Source: Candidatus Hodarchaeota archaeon
GTDB taxonomy: Archaea; Asgardarchaeota; Heimdallarchaeia; Hodarchaeales; Hodarchaeaceae
Length of the DNA: 19,107 nt
Direction of reading: 5' to 3'
Assembly: GCA_029856365.1 (NCBI GenBank)
Contig: JAHQWW010000072.1
Coordinates: 1 to 19,107, forward strand
Shown piece after piece: positions 1-8,930 of the stretch. Each line of letters begins with the position of its first letter. The first letter of the stretch is position 1. The notes under the pieces are model-generated. The model saw only the letters and a list, made by a program, of their open reading frames with translations. It was not told where the DNA came from and made no database searches. The position numbers were made by a program, and so were the translations under genes.

Positions 1-47
1 TAATAAATAATTAACTGGAGATTAATTAGTTAAGCATTTAAAACAAT

Positions 48-314
48 ATGCCTGACAATCTTAAGAGAAAAACCGCGATAAGCATATGGATTTTGGTACT
101 TATTGTAATTTTAATATTTTCATTAATTGGGGCTTTCTTCTTTGTTTGGTTTTGGATTATATTTATACCCTTATCTTTTTTAGTAATGATCGCATTTCAA
201 GCTATGTCTGAACATTTTTGGACTCCAAAAAAGGTCTGTCCTAGATGCAATGCTGCTGTTAGTATATATAGTGAATTTTGCAGAAATTGTGGATTAAAAT
301 TAATTAAATCATAG
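48..314 (+). CDS. Small membrane protein with C-terminal zinc ribbon, probably 3'-truncated at a chimeric junction
   Basis: Two hydrophobic helices, then CPRC-x10-CRNC. It ends 7 residues later and overlaps the hydrogenase ORF on the opposite strand. Confidence 0.7.
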   Translation: MPDNLKRKTAISIWILVLIVILIFSLIGAFFFVWFWIIFIPLSFLVMIAFQAMSEHFWTPKKVCPRCNAAVSIYSEFCRNCGLKLIKS

Positions 315-694
315 TGAGAATTAAGTTTTTGGCTTATATTAAAAATTGTTAAGAGATCTGGTAATGATTGGAAGAAAAAATGCATACAATTCGATTTAAT
401 TAATTCTCCACATAGCAATAGGCGTCTTAAAAGAATAGATTGTTCACTAATTTCTATGTCGTATAAGTTTTCAATTGCTTTGCAACTAGCGATTGCTTGT
501 GATGCATAACATAAACCACATATTCGAGATATTAATTTTGGCATATCCTCTAATCTTTTACCTATTAGAAATTTTTCAAATCCTCGATATGCTGAAATCT
601 CAAAATTAACATCTGAAACATTATCATCTTGAATTAATATATTTACATTTCCATGCCCTTCAACACGGGTACAAACTTCAACTGTTTTTAGCAA
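197..694 (-). pseudogene. N-terminal fragment of a group 3-type [NiFe]-hydrogenase large subunit (homology ends near 287)
   Basis: TRVEGHG, RGFEKFL and L1 motif RICGLC are present. Only 165 aa with no C-terminal L2 (DPCxxC) motif. The last ~29 codons are the antisense of the Zn-ribbon gene. Confidence 0.85.
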
Positions 695-701
695 TATAAC
701 A

Positions 702-1505
702 TCACCATTTTATTTTTGGTCTTGAAAAACGATAAAATAAACCTTTATAATATTGTATATCCTCAGAAAAATGAATTAAACTTAAAAGGTTAATAATATT
801 TGACGTAAAATCCTTTGAAACTGGACCCATACAACCTTCACAGGGGATCCCATATTCTATACATTTATATTCACACCCATCACGAGTTATCGGACCTAAA
901 CACAAAATACCTCTTTTTAAAAAACATTCTTTACTTTCGTCATCAAGATTAATTTCCTCTAAATTTGGGTTAATTTTATTTATCTCATTAGTCAAATTAA
1001 TTTCAACACCCTCTCTTAATGGGCAACTAGCACACATATTTTTTTCAGATAATTTAATTTCTTTGTTTTCTATTAATCTAATTAGAAGATTTCCAAATAG
1101 TTTTATGGGAGGAGGACAACCTGGTATTATTCCTTCAATTTCAATATAGCTAGATATTGGTTCTGCGATAATTGAATTTGAGAGACTGAGAATCCCTCCA
1201 AATGCAGCACAAGAACCTAATGCATAAACCTTTTTAGCATTTTTCCGGATCTTTTTAAGAAGTGGAATTTCTTTTTCATTAGAAATACATCCTTCTATCA
1301 GAGCAATATCACAATCTTCGATTTTCAAAGCATCCGATATAAATGGAAAATATATTATCTTTGTTCTTTCAAGGAATTCAGATTCATCTTTCACAAGTTT
1401 AACAGCAAGTGGATAGCTTTGCGGTCGAAGTATTTCTTCAAAAGATTTTCCAATATTCATCCATTTTTCCATATTTTTCTCTCCAATGTTCTCTATTTCA
1501 CTCAT
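702..1505 (-). CDS. Chimeric ORF: DUF169-like N-terminus (aa ~1-45) fused to a group 3 [NiFe]-hydrogenase small subunit (MvhG/HydD-like) lacking its N-terminal CxxC
   Basis: DIALIEG, ALGSCAAFGG, IPGCPP and the C-terminal Fe-S cysteines (CASC, CFL..LCLGP..GC..C..PCEGC) identify the small subunit. LRPQSYPLAVKLVKDESEF resembles DUF169 N-termini. Confidence 0.75.
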   Translation of the reverse strand: MSEIENIGEKNMEKWMNIGKSFEEILRPQSYPLAVKLVKDESEFLERTKIIYFPFISDALKIEDCDIALIEGCISNEKEIPLLKKIRKNAKKVYALGSCAAFGGILSLSNSIIAEPISSYIEIEGIIPGCPPPIKLFGNLLIRLIENKEIKLSEKNMCASCPLREGVEINLTNEINKINPNLEEINLDDESKECFLKRGILCLGPITRDGCEYKCIEYGIPCEGCMGPVSKDFTSNIINLLSLIHFSEDIQYYKGLFYRFSRPKIKW

Positions 1506-1536
1506 TAGTTGCTAAAAGGGTCATAATCACAGGCCT

Positions 1537-2235
1537 TTACCATATCTTTGGTATTAACCGATAACGTACTTTTTCCTTGTATTCTTTGTACCCTTCTAAT
1601 TCTTCAATTAATGCCTTTTCTTCATAAGTCGCCCGGATTACAATAAGAGTGATAACTAGTATCGCAGGGGGTACTGCAAGAAAGGAACCTAATGCTATAG
1701 GAAAGCAGATGGTCATGATAATGAACCCTATATACATGGGATGACGGACATAGGCATTAGGCCCAGTGCTTATTACTTTTTGTCCTTCTTGCACCTCGAT
1801 TCGCTTTGAGGCATATACGTTTTCTCGCATTACAAAGAAAATAACGATAAAAGCAAGAAAAATTCCTCCAAATCCTATTATTTCTAAAGATAGCGGAACC
1901 TTGAAATCTGACCATTGAAATAAATCACTTAGTGCGGGATTTACGCCAAATGCAGTTATTAAAAACATTGAGAAAAAGGCTATTACCGAAATAACTATAA
2001 AAATTGTGTCAAAACCTTTTTCAGGTTTAACTTTAGTTCGAGACGACAGAATTGTAGGATCTTTCCGCCAAAAATATAAGATAACTACCATAACATAAAG
2101 AAAAGTAATACTAAGAAAAATCCAAGCTTCCATCCATTCTAGGGTACCAGCTGGTACAAAAAACAAAATACCATAAATAATGAAGCCAACTATTACCTGA
2201 ACAAGCAGACGTGGAAGAGATACGGTTTGTGACAT
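1537..2235 (-). CDS. Isoprenylcysteine carboxyl methyltransferase (ICMT/STE14/PEMT-like) family membrane protein
   Basis: Multiple TM helices, GPNAYVRHPMYIG, EEKAL..L.GY..Y..KVRYRLIP. The ATG at 2235 is preferred over the 2253 start. Confidence 0.9.
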   Translation of the reverse strand: MSQTVSLPRLLVQVIVGFIIYGILFFVPAGTLEWMEAWIFLSITFLYVMVVILYFWRKDPTILSSRTKVKPEKGFDTIFIVISVIAFFSMFLITAFGVNPALSDLFQWSDFKVPLSLEIIGFGGIFLAFIVIFFVMRENVYASKRIEVQEGQKVISTGPNAYVRHPMYIGFIIMTICFPIALGSFLAVPPAILVITLIVIRATYEEKALIEELEGYKEYKEKVRYRLIPKIW

Positions 2236-2337
2236 ATTTAACCCTCTATTCAAGATTTAAGTCGGTGTCATAAAAATTTTTCTACAATTATTAAAATAAA
2301 AACTGTATTGAATGAAAGATTAAAATAAATTTTTGAC

Positions 2338-2532
2338 ATGGAACAATTGAAGATGAAGCAAAACAAAGGCCACGAATTATGTGAATTATGTGAAAAACGT
2401 TCGCCCATTTATATCTGTACATTTTGTAGAGGGAATTTCTGTGAAAAATGTACCGTAGAAACGAGTAGTGGTGAATATTTATGTAAATCTTGTCAGCTTT
2501 CAGCAGTTAAAAGTGACCAAGCTTGTGATTAA
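2338..2532 (+). CDS. Small Cys-rich zinc-finger protein (B-box-like spacing)
   Basis: Four CxxC pairs (CELC, CTFC, CEKC, CKSC) in 64 aa. Confidence 0.7.
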   Translation: MEQLKMKQNKGHELCELCEKRSPIYICTFCRGNFCEKCTVETSSGEYLCKSCQLSAVKSDQACD

Positions 2533-2580
2533 TCAATTTTTCATTCCAAGGAGAAATACTTCAAATCAAGAAAGGGATTT

Positions 2581-2781
2581 GTTATACCAATAGTTGAAGC
2601 TCTAACTACTATCGACTGGATCTGTATTGGAGTGGCATTGTTAAGTGTAATTCCTGGAACAATTTATTTCAGATATTATCTTCGGACACGAATTTTTGAT
2701 TATTTATTCGGATTAGTTTCGCTAGTTGAGTATCTGAAAAAGCTGCCATTAGAGATAATTAGTGGATTCGAAATAGACTAG
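2581..2781 (+). pseudogene. Possible remnant of a membrane-protein gene (no ATG)
   Basis: Stop-free frame VIPIVEALTTIDWICIGVALLSVIPGTIYFRYYLRTRIFDYLFGLVSLVEYLKKLPLEIISGFEID* with one TM-like segment. Not in the ORF track. Confidence 0.4.
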
Positions 2782-2806
2782 TAACATATATGCTGAAGCA
2801 TTACAA

Positions 2807-3646
2807 TCAGATGTAAGTGAACTCTCGTTTCTGGAATAGGAACAATGCAGCTAGTAATACTGCAATTCCAATGGTGAGGATGAGAATTAATTCATCAACT
2901 GGGAAGTCTCCATTATTTATTAGTTTGTTAAGAACAGCTCCTCCATCAAGGTAATGGAAGAGAGACACTCCCTGGAGGATGTCAGCTGTTTCTTCACTGG
3001 CGGCTCTGATCAGTCCCCCAAATCGTTCGAATATCCATGATCCGCCAACAATTAACCCAGCTGAGCTTAGGGTTTTCGTTGTCTCCATGAAAATAACAGA
3101 ACAAAGCAGGGTTATACAAGCGAAAACCATGTACACAATCCATTTCCCTAGTAGAGCAAGTAGAAACGCTTCACTATTAAAATCTACGCTTAAAGATACT
3201 GCTCCCACATGTATCACTCCCCAAACGAGAATAGGAAATGATAGCGTTAAGGTGATGAAGGCAAGCAGCTTTTCCAAGAGAAACTCCCATCGTGGGACGG
3301 GATAACTCAGAATTATATCCAATGTACCACTATCCGCTTCCCTCGCAATACTCATCGTCCCAAACAGTAAAATGAGAGCCATAAAAACAATATCAGCAAC
3401 CATAAACATTTCTACACTAGCAAATCCCTCAAAAGAGGATATTCCCAAGTCAAGGGTTCCTTCCCCGAGTAAAGCTGCAAAAACTGGGTTGTCTTCAAGC
3501 ACTGTTTCAAATTGTTTCATAATTGGTTCATAATCAGGCCAAATCCATATTAGAAGAAGAGCCATTGCTACAAGTAATGCGATAGGTACCGTCCAGAATA
3601 ACCATGTTTTTTGTAGTTGTTTCTTATAAATCGTTAACACATTCAT
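2807..3646 (-). CDS. ABC-2 type transporter permease
   Basis: About six TM helices, IAREADSGTLDIILSYPVPRWEFLLEK motif and C-terminal FQKRE. It overlaps the ATPase stop by 4 nt. Confidence 0.92.
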   Translation of the reverse strand: MNVLTIYKKQLQKTWLFWTVPIALLVAMALLLIWIWPDYEPIMKQFETVLEDNPVFAALLGEGTLDLGISSFEGFASVEMFMVADIVFMALILLFGTMSIAREADSGTLDIILSYPVPRWEFLLEKLLAFITLTLSFPILVWGVIHVGAVSLSVDFNSEAFLLALLGKWIVYMVFACITLLCSVIFMETTKTLSSAGLIVGGSWIFERFGGLIRAASEETADILQGVSLFHYLDGGAVLNKLINNGDFPVDELILILTIGIAVLLAALFLFQKREFTYI

Positions 3647-4602
3647 TCCTCCTTTAGACGATCAAATTCGTCTTTATAATACTCGAGAAAGATCTCTTCG
3701 AGACTACTGTCCTCTAAAGTCATTCGTTTTATACGTTGTGAGGTAACCAATTTGAGAAGATTATTTACATCCTCTTTAACCCTGATTTGAAAAGTCCCAT
3801 CCATTTTTTCAACACTGATCACATTTGGGATGGCTTTAATTGCATCTATGTTTGGTGTTTCCCCTTTCATGAATTCCACATTCAAACGTTGCATTGATTT
3901 CCTTCGTAACTCCTTCACAGCTTCAACAACTATTATTTTTCCTTTTCTGATGATACCAACTCTATCACAGATAGCCTGCACTTCGGCAAGGTCGTGACTT
4001 GACAAGAAAATCGTTTTTCCTTGATTCCGCATCTCACGCAATAGATTATGGAATCGGGCGGCCATCAAAGGATCCAGACCACTAGATGGTTCATCTAAGA
4101 TGAGAAAGTTAGGGTTGCTAGCGAGGGCTACAATAATAGCAGCTTGTTGACGGTTCCCAGAGGACAAACTCCTGATCTTCAGCGAGAGGTCAACCTTGAA
4201 AATTTTGCGAAGTTTCTTGAGAAAGGTCACATCAGTAGGACGAAACTTGTTAAAGTAATTGATTAATTCCTTCCCAGTGAAATTACTATATAAAGTCACG
4301 TCACCAGGAATGTACCCGATATTTTGCCTGATTTGCAAGCTATCTTTCTGATAATCTAAGCCATTAATCTTGATTGTCCCTGATTTGATCGTTAGGTATC
4401 CGAGAATGGAACGAATGGCGGTTGTCTTACCCGCGCCATTTGGACCGAGAAATCCGAAGATTTCACCCTTTTTAACGGAGAAACTCGCGTCATCTACAGC
4501 TACGATACGGCGCCCAACTTTACGAGAACCCAGTTGAAGTTCTCTTCCGTATATTTTTGTTAAGTTCTCAACTTGTAGGACAGTTTCATCAGTTGTAGCC
4601 AT
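3643..4602 (-). CDS. ABC transporter ATP-binding protein (multidrug/ABC-2 exporter type)
   Basis: Walker A GPNGAGKTT, signature LSSGNRQQ, Walker B LILDEP, H-loop SSH. Start is 4602 or 4611. Confidence 0.95.
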   Translation of the reverse strand: MATTDETVLQVENLTKIYGRELQLGSRKVGRRIVAVDDASFSVKKGEIFGFLGPNGAGKTTAIRSILGYLTIKSGTIKINGLDYQKDSLQIRQNIGYIPGDVTLYSNFTGKELINYFNKFRPTDVTFLKKLRKIFKVDLSLKIRSLSSGNRQQAAIIVALASNPNFLILDEPSSGLDPLMAARFHNLLREMRNQGKTIFLSSHDLAEVQAICDRVGIIRKGKIIVVEAVKELRRKSMQRLNVEFMKGETPNIDAIKAIPNVISVEKMDGTFQIRVKEDVNNLLKLVTSQRIKRMTLEDSSLEEIFLEYYKDEFDRLKEE

Positions 4603-4661
4603 GATTACCACATCTCTGTCATGGAATCCAAAGATAGTGAAAGAATTTTGTAAATTCTTTA

Positions 4662-4687
4662 TTGCATTATTTGAACAAATTGCGGAA
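4662..4687. promoter_or_regulatory. Putative operator upstream of the ABC operon (copy 1)
   Basis: ttgcattatttgaacaaattgcggaa, 23/26 identical to 5937-5962. It lies just downstream of a TATA-like cttaaata on the minus strand. Confidence 0.7.
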
Positions 4688-4806
4688 AGTATTTAAGTTT
4701 TTGCAATACCAACTTGTAGTGAAATTGAGGCCATAATAAGAAAGGTCAATGAAATTCAATCTACTTTTTTCTATATGTGAAACAATGTTTTAAAACCAAC
4801 AATTTT

Positions 4807-5784
4807 TTATATAATTGCTGCTATTGCAATTAAATATCCAGCTAATGATCCTAAGAGTGGAATAATTGCAGAAATACGAATTATTTGAGGGATGGGGTAG
4901 GAATGCATTGACACAAGTCGCGTTAAGTTATTTTGATGCCTGATAATTGTCATTTCATCACTTTTCTTAAGAATTAGGAGATGTATTACTTCCTGTTGAT
5001 TGGATATCATTGAACTAAGGATTAGGTTATATTTTTTCCAGCTTCGATAAATAGCTAGCCCACTCTGTGAAAAACCAAAAAATATCATCACTACAAGAAA
5101 ACTATTTAGGAGAATTGTGAACAAATCTAATTGTAATAACGCAAAAAATGACGATATTGTCGATGTTACGAGAAAGGGGAGGAGAAAAGAGAGCAATAGA
5201 AATTCGAATAGTAATGGAGGAAACTCATCGAAGATAAAGGGGTAAATCCATTCTAGCTCGAAATCAATTGATATTTTTGACAATTGGAATCTTTTTCTTC
5301 CATTAACTTCATTGTAATCAATATATTCATCAAGTAAATCAACGCTTTCCAACCTCTTGAAAAGAGACATCATCTGCTCATGGTAACTAGACCAATTAGA
5401 TTGACTAAAAAACGATTTGTACAGGATAGCCACGATAGAGAAAATGATTCCCAAGAAAGCTGCAATCCCTATAGCGATCAGTAGACCAGCAGATATTTCC
5501 GAGGGAATATTCTGTAGTGCTTCTGGAATTACATAATTTCCTAAAAAAATATCAGTAATGTGGCCAATCGCAAATATAGCAGAACCTAGACCAATGAATC
5601 CTAATATAAGAGAAATAAGAAGAGCTAGGATTTTCTGATATATAGATCGAGGCTGATCGAACCTCTCTTTTTCTTTCTGTAAATAATCGATAAAATTTTC
5701 AGATTTCTTATCATAAGGGATACCTTTCTTAATCTTCCAAATAAGTTCTTCTTCTAAGATAATATTTTTCTCTAACTGGTTCAT
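4807..5784 (-). CDS. Hypothetical multi-pass membrane protein
   Basis: 325-aa ORF with about 5 hydrophobic segments. No family recognised. Confidence 0.8.
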   Translation of the reverse strand: MNQLEKNIILEEELIWKIKKGIPYDKKSENFIDYLQKEKERFDQPRSIYQKILALLISLILGFIGLGSAIFAIGHITDIFLGNYVIPEALQNIPSEISAGLLIAIGIAAFLGIIFSIVAILYKSFFSQSNWSSYHEQMMSLFKRLESVDLLDEYIDYNEVNGRKRFQLSKISIDFELEWIYPFIFDEFPPLLFEFLLLSFLLPFLVTSTISSFFALLQLDLFTILLNSFLVVMIFFGFSQSGLAIYRSWKKYNLILSSMISNQQEVIHLLILKKSDEMTIIRHQNNLTRLVSMHSYPIPQIIRISAIIPLLGSLAGYLIAIAAII

Positions 5785-5936
5785 AGAAATCTCCGTTCTT
5801 CTAAGAGCTATAAATCCTTAGAGATAAATTGTAACCAAAGAAAGTTTAAAAAAAATTCTCTGACGGTTCAAATTGAGGACTAGTACAAGTGATTACGGTA
5901 ATGTATTCGACATGTGGTAGCGCGTTTTGGGTTTGC

Positions 5937-5962
5937 TTGCATTACTTGATCAAGTTGCGGAA
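5937..5962. promoter_or_regulatory. Putative operator in the divergent promoter of the regulator (copy 2)
   Basis: ttgcattacttgatcaagttgcggaa with a perfect palindromic core acttgatcaagt, adjacent to TATA-like tttttaag. Confidence 0.7.
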
Positions 5963-6011
5963 GATTTTTAAGCACACTGGACTTGGAAAATAATTGTTAG
6001 GTCGAATTCTA

Positions 6012-6569
6012 ATGTCTGAATCTATTGATGATGAAGAAACCCAAGATATTTTGAAGTTAGAGGAGGAAATCTCGAATTTTTTCGAAGATTTCATGTATGA
6101 TCGTGGTGGATCCCCGTTATTAGGACGGATTTATGCATTATGTGTATTGACTTCCCCTGACAAACCTTTACTTCAAAGAGACCTTGTCGAGAAATTTAAA
6201 GTTAACCCCTCTACAATTAGTCGGAATTTAAAAGAGCTTGAAAGCTGGAATCTAATTGCCCGAAGGCGTGAACCTGGAAGCCGTGAATGGAAGTATCAGG
6301 TTGAACCAACCTCTTTTCGTGAACTATTGATTAATACATATGATGACAATGCTAATACTTTACAAGAAAAAGCTGCTGATCTCATCAGAATTCGTGAACA
6401 CTGGGGTATATCACTTTCTAAGGAATCAAAGATAACAAAAAAAGGAGAACAAGCTCTTAATGTTCTTGATATTCTGATTGAATGGATTGATATTGTAGAG
6501 AAAGAACTTGATTCTTTCATTGGGAATTTGCAGGAGCGCTTTTTAGAATTAGAAAAGCGTATCACATAA
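6012..6569 (+). CDS. GbsR/MarR-type winged-helix transcriptional regulator
   Basis: GGSPLLGRIYAL, HTH LQRDLVEKFKVNPSTISRNLKELESWNLI, wing REPGSREWKY, helical C-terminus. The ATG at 6012 is preferred over TTG 5994. Confidence 0.85.
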   Translation: MSESIDDEETQDILKLEEEISNFFEDFMYDRGGSPLLGRIYALCVLTSPDKPLLQRDLVEKFKVNPSTISRNLKELESWNLIARRREPGSREWKYQVEPTSFRELLINTYDDNANTLQEKAADLIRIREHWGISLSKESKITKKGEQALNVLDILIEWIDIVEKELDSFIGNLQERFLELEKRIT

Positions 6570-6585
6570 TCTAAATGAGCTGGAT

Positions 6586-7491
6586 TTACTTTCTAGCATG
6601 CTGTGTAATGGCTTCTATTATCTTTGGAGCTATTTCAGCTGGGATGCTATGCCCCATATCTTCTATGATCATCAATTCTGCGTTAGGAATGACTTCAGCT
6701 GTTTCTTTTCCCCCCTCAACAGGAACCAAGGGATCAGCATCTCCATGAATGACAAGAGTTGGTACTTTCACATTTCTCAGTTCTTCCTTCCTGCTGCCAG
6801 ACGCCAGAATGGCTGCCAATTGCCTTCCAGATCCCTCTGGATAGTAGTTACGATCATAAGCGCGACCTGAACGCTTTCGGACATATTCTTCATCAAATGA
6901 GAGTTCTCCATTTAAAAATTTCCATGTTTTTACCGAATATTCGATATATTCAGCCCTATTTGGTGGAGGCGGTGTTATTAGTATTGATATTGCCTCTGGT
7001 TCTGGTTGTGGTAATTCTGGATTATTTGTTGACGACATAATTGAAGTCATTGTTCGAACTCGTTCAGGATAATGTATCGCAATGGTTTGAGCAATCATTC
7101 CTCCCATTGAAGCACCAACAATGTGAGCAGTATCGATCTCTAGGACATCAAGTAGTCCTATTGCATCAGCAGCCATATCTAACAATGTGTACGGAGCCTC
7201 AACTGTCTCTCCTTGTTGAACTTTCATCATTAACTCCATTAAATCAGGAACACCTGCTTCCCCAAACTTTGTTGAGAGACCCACGTCACGATTATCAAAG
7301 CGAATGACCCAATATCCCTGTGTAGCTAATTCTCGGCAAAAAGCCTCATCCCAAAAAATCATCTGGGTACTTAATCCCATGATAAGCAACATGGGAGGAT
7401 TAACTGGATCCCCAAAGGTATCGTAAGTAATTTCAACCTCACCAACTTTAACAGAAGTTTCTTCACTTTGTACTATATTTCCCATAAACAT
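6586..7491 (-). CDS. Alpha/beta fold hydrolase (esterase-like)
   Basis: RFDNRDVGLS, nucleophile elbow GASMGG, PTLVIHGDADPLVP, catalytic His in MGH. Confidence 0.95.
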   Translation of the reverse strand: MFMGNIVQSEETSVKVGEVEITYDTFGDPVNPPMLLIMGLSTQMIFWDEAFCRELATQGYWVIRFDNRDVGLSTKFGEAGVPDLMELMMKVQQGETVEAPYTLLDMAADAIGLLDVLEIDTAHIVGASMGGMIAQTIAIHYPERVRTMTSIMSSTNNPELPQPEPEAISILITPPPPNRAEYIEYSVKTWKFLNGELSFDEEYVRKRSGRAYDRNYYPEGSGRQLAAILASGSRKEELRNVKVPTLVIHGDADPLVPVEGGKETAEVIPNAELMIIEDMGHSIPAEIAPKIIEAITQHARK

Positions 7492-7674
7492 TCTTCCTTA
7501 CGTGTTTGGTTCAATACTTCTCTTAACATTAGCCTTTGTATTCCAATAAGAATTTTTTGATATAACAGACTTGATCCCCGTTTAGTGTAACGAAAATGCA
7601 CAAAGTTTAAGGAAGGGAGATAAATCTATAGAAAAATCCGGTTCAAATGCAATAAGAAGGCTGAAAAATTACAA

Positions 7675-8895
7675 ATGGCTACATCAAAAGACTCCAATAA
7701 AGTGATTTGGATAGCTGGGCTTGGAACAGTTCTTGCCGCTTTTCAATTGGTGATTTTGGGGAATTATATTGTCATCTTTTTGAGAGAAGACTTGTTAACA
7801 GCCATCATCCTAATAACAATTATTGTTTCACTAAGAAATTTCCTCCAACTTTTTTTCCGTGTACCACTTGGAGATTTATCCCAAATAATTGGTCGAAAAC
7901 CTTTGATTTTAGCTGGTCATTTTAGTTTGACTATTTCATTATTTTTGATGTCCTTAGCAAATAACTGGATCTGGGTTTTAATAGCGATTGTGTTCGTTGC
8001 ACTTGGAATGAGTGCTTTCTGGCCATGTATGTTGGCTTATATTTCGGATCTTTCCTCTGATAATAGCTCTGGAGGATCAATTGGTCGGATGTTTCAGATG
8101 TCTGATATAGGGTCAATAATAGGATTACTGATATCCAGTCTGATTTTAGATGTATTACTCTGGACATTAACTGATCTTTTTGGTATTGTTGCAGTAATTG
8201 CATTCTTTTTTGGGTTAATAAACATCCTTATTTTGCCAGAAAGTTTGGAAAAAACACTTAAAAAACAAGTTACAAGTATTCCGAAAGCAGTTATAAATTC
8301 ATTTTTCTCAATGCTGTCCTCTTTAAAGCAGATGACTTTAACAAGAGGCCTAACATTGGCATATACCTTTCAATTAATACTTGCTTTTACTGAATTTACC
8401 GCAACAACATTCTTACCCTTAATTATAGTTCAAAAAGGATTTAGTCGCGGGGATGTCTCTGAAATTGGATTATGGGCAATTATGGTGAGTTTATGGTTTA
8501 AACCATTTCTGGGAAGATTAACAGATAGATTTGATTTCATTTATGTAATAACTACTACCGTAATGGTCTACTCTCTAGCTTTACTTATTTTTACAGTGTT
8601 ACAGGATTTCTTTCTACTGATAGTACTCTCTATTATTATGAATGCTTCTTTAATCACAGGATATATGGCTGAAAATAATGAGGTGTCTAAAAGAGCTCCT
8701 ATTGCACTAAGAGGGACAGCTCTCGGCAGTTTAGGCTTCTACGTGGCTCTCGGGCGTACTTCATCAACTGTTGTATCAGGTCCCATTTGGGAAATTTTTG
8801 GGTTAACTGGTGTCTTTAACATAATCATTCTCAGTGTTCTTTTTATGACCGTGATTCTCTTTCTCATGAATAGATCCAAAGGGGAACAATTATGA
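7675..8895 (+). CDS. Major facilitator superfamily transporter
   Basis: About 12 TM helices with motif A-like GDLSQIIGRKP and GRLTDRFD. Confidence 0.92.
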   Translation: MATSKDSNKVIWIAGLGTVLAAFQLVILGNYIVIFLREDLLTAIILITIIVSLRNFLQLFFRVPLGDLSQIIGRKPLILAGHFSLTISLFLMSLANNWIWVLIAIVFVALGMSAFWPCMLAYISDLSSDNSSGGSIGRMFQMSDIGSIIGLLISSLILDVLLWTLTDLFGIVAVIAFFFGLINILILPESLEKTLKKQVTSIPKAVINSFFSMLSSLKQMTLTRGLTLAYTFQLILAFTEFTATTFLPLIIVQKGFSRGDVSEIGLWAIMVSLWFKPFLGRLTDRFDFIYVITTTVMVYSLALLIFTVLQDFFLLIVLSIIMNASLITGYMAENNEVSKRAPIALRGTALGSLGFYVALGRTSSTVVSGPIWEIFGLTGVFNIIILSVLFMTVILFLMNRSKGEQL

Positions 8896-8930
8896 AGTAA
8901 AATAGAGCCTTGTTCTTATCCTAGACATGG

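Noticed and set aside
2979-3305. 108-aa + strand ORF
   Set aside because: Antisense shadow of the ABC permease with no recognisable motif.
6296-8203. Short ORFs at 6296, 6598, 6759, 7041, 7707 and 7931
   Set aside because: All are shadows or alternative frames inside well-supported genes.
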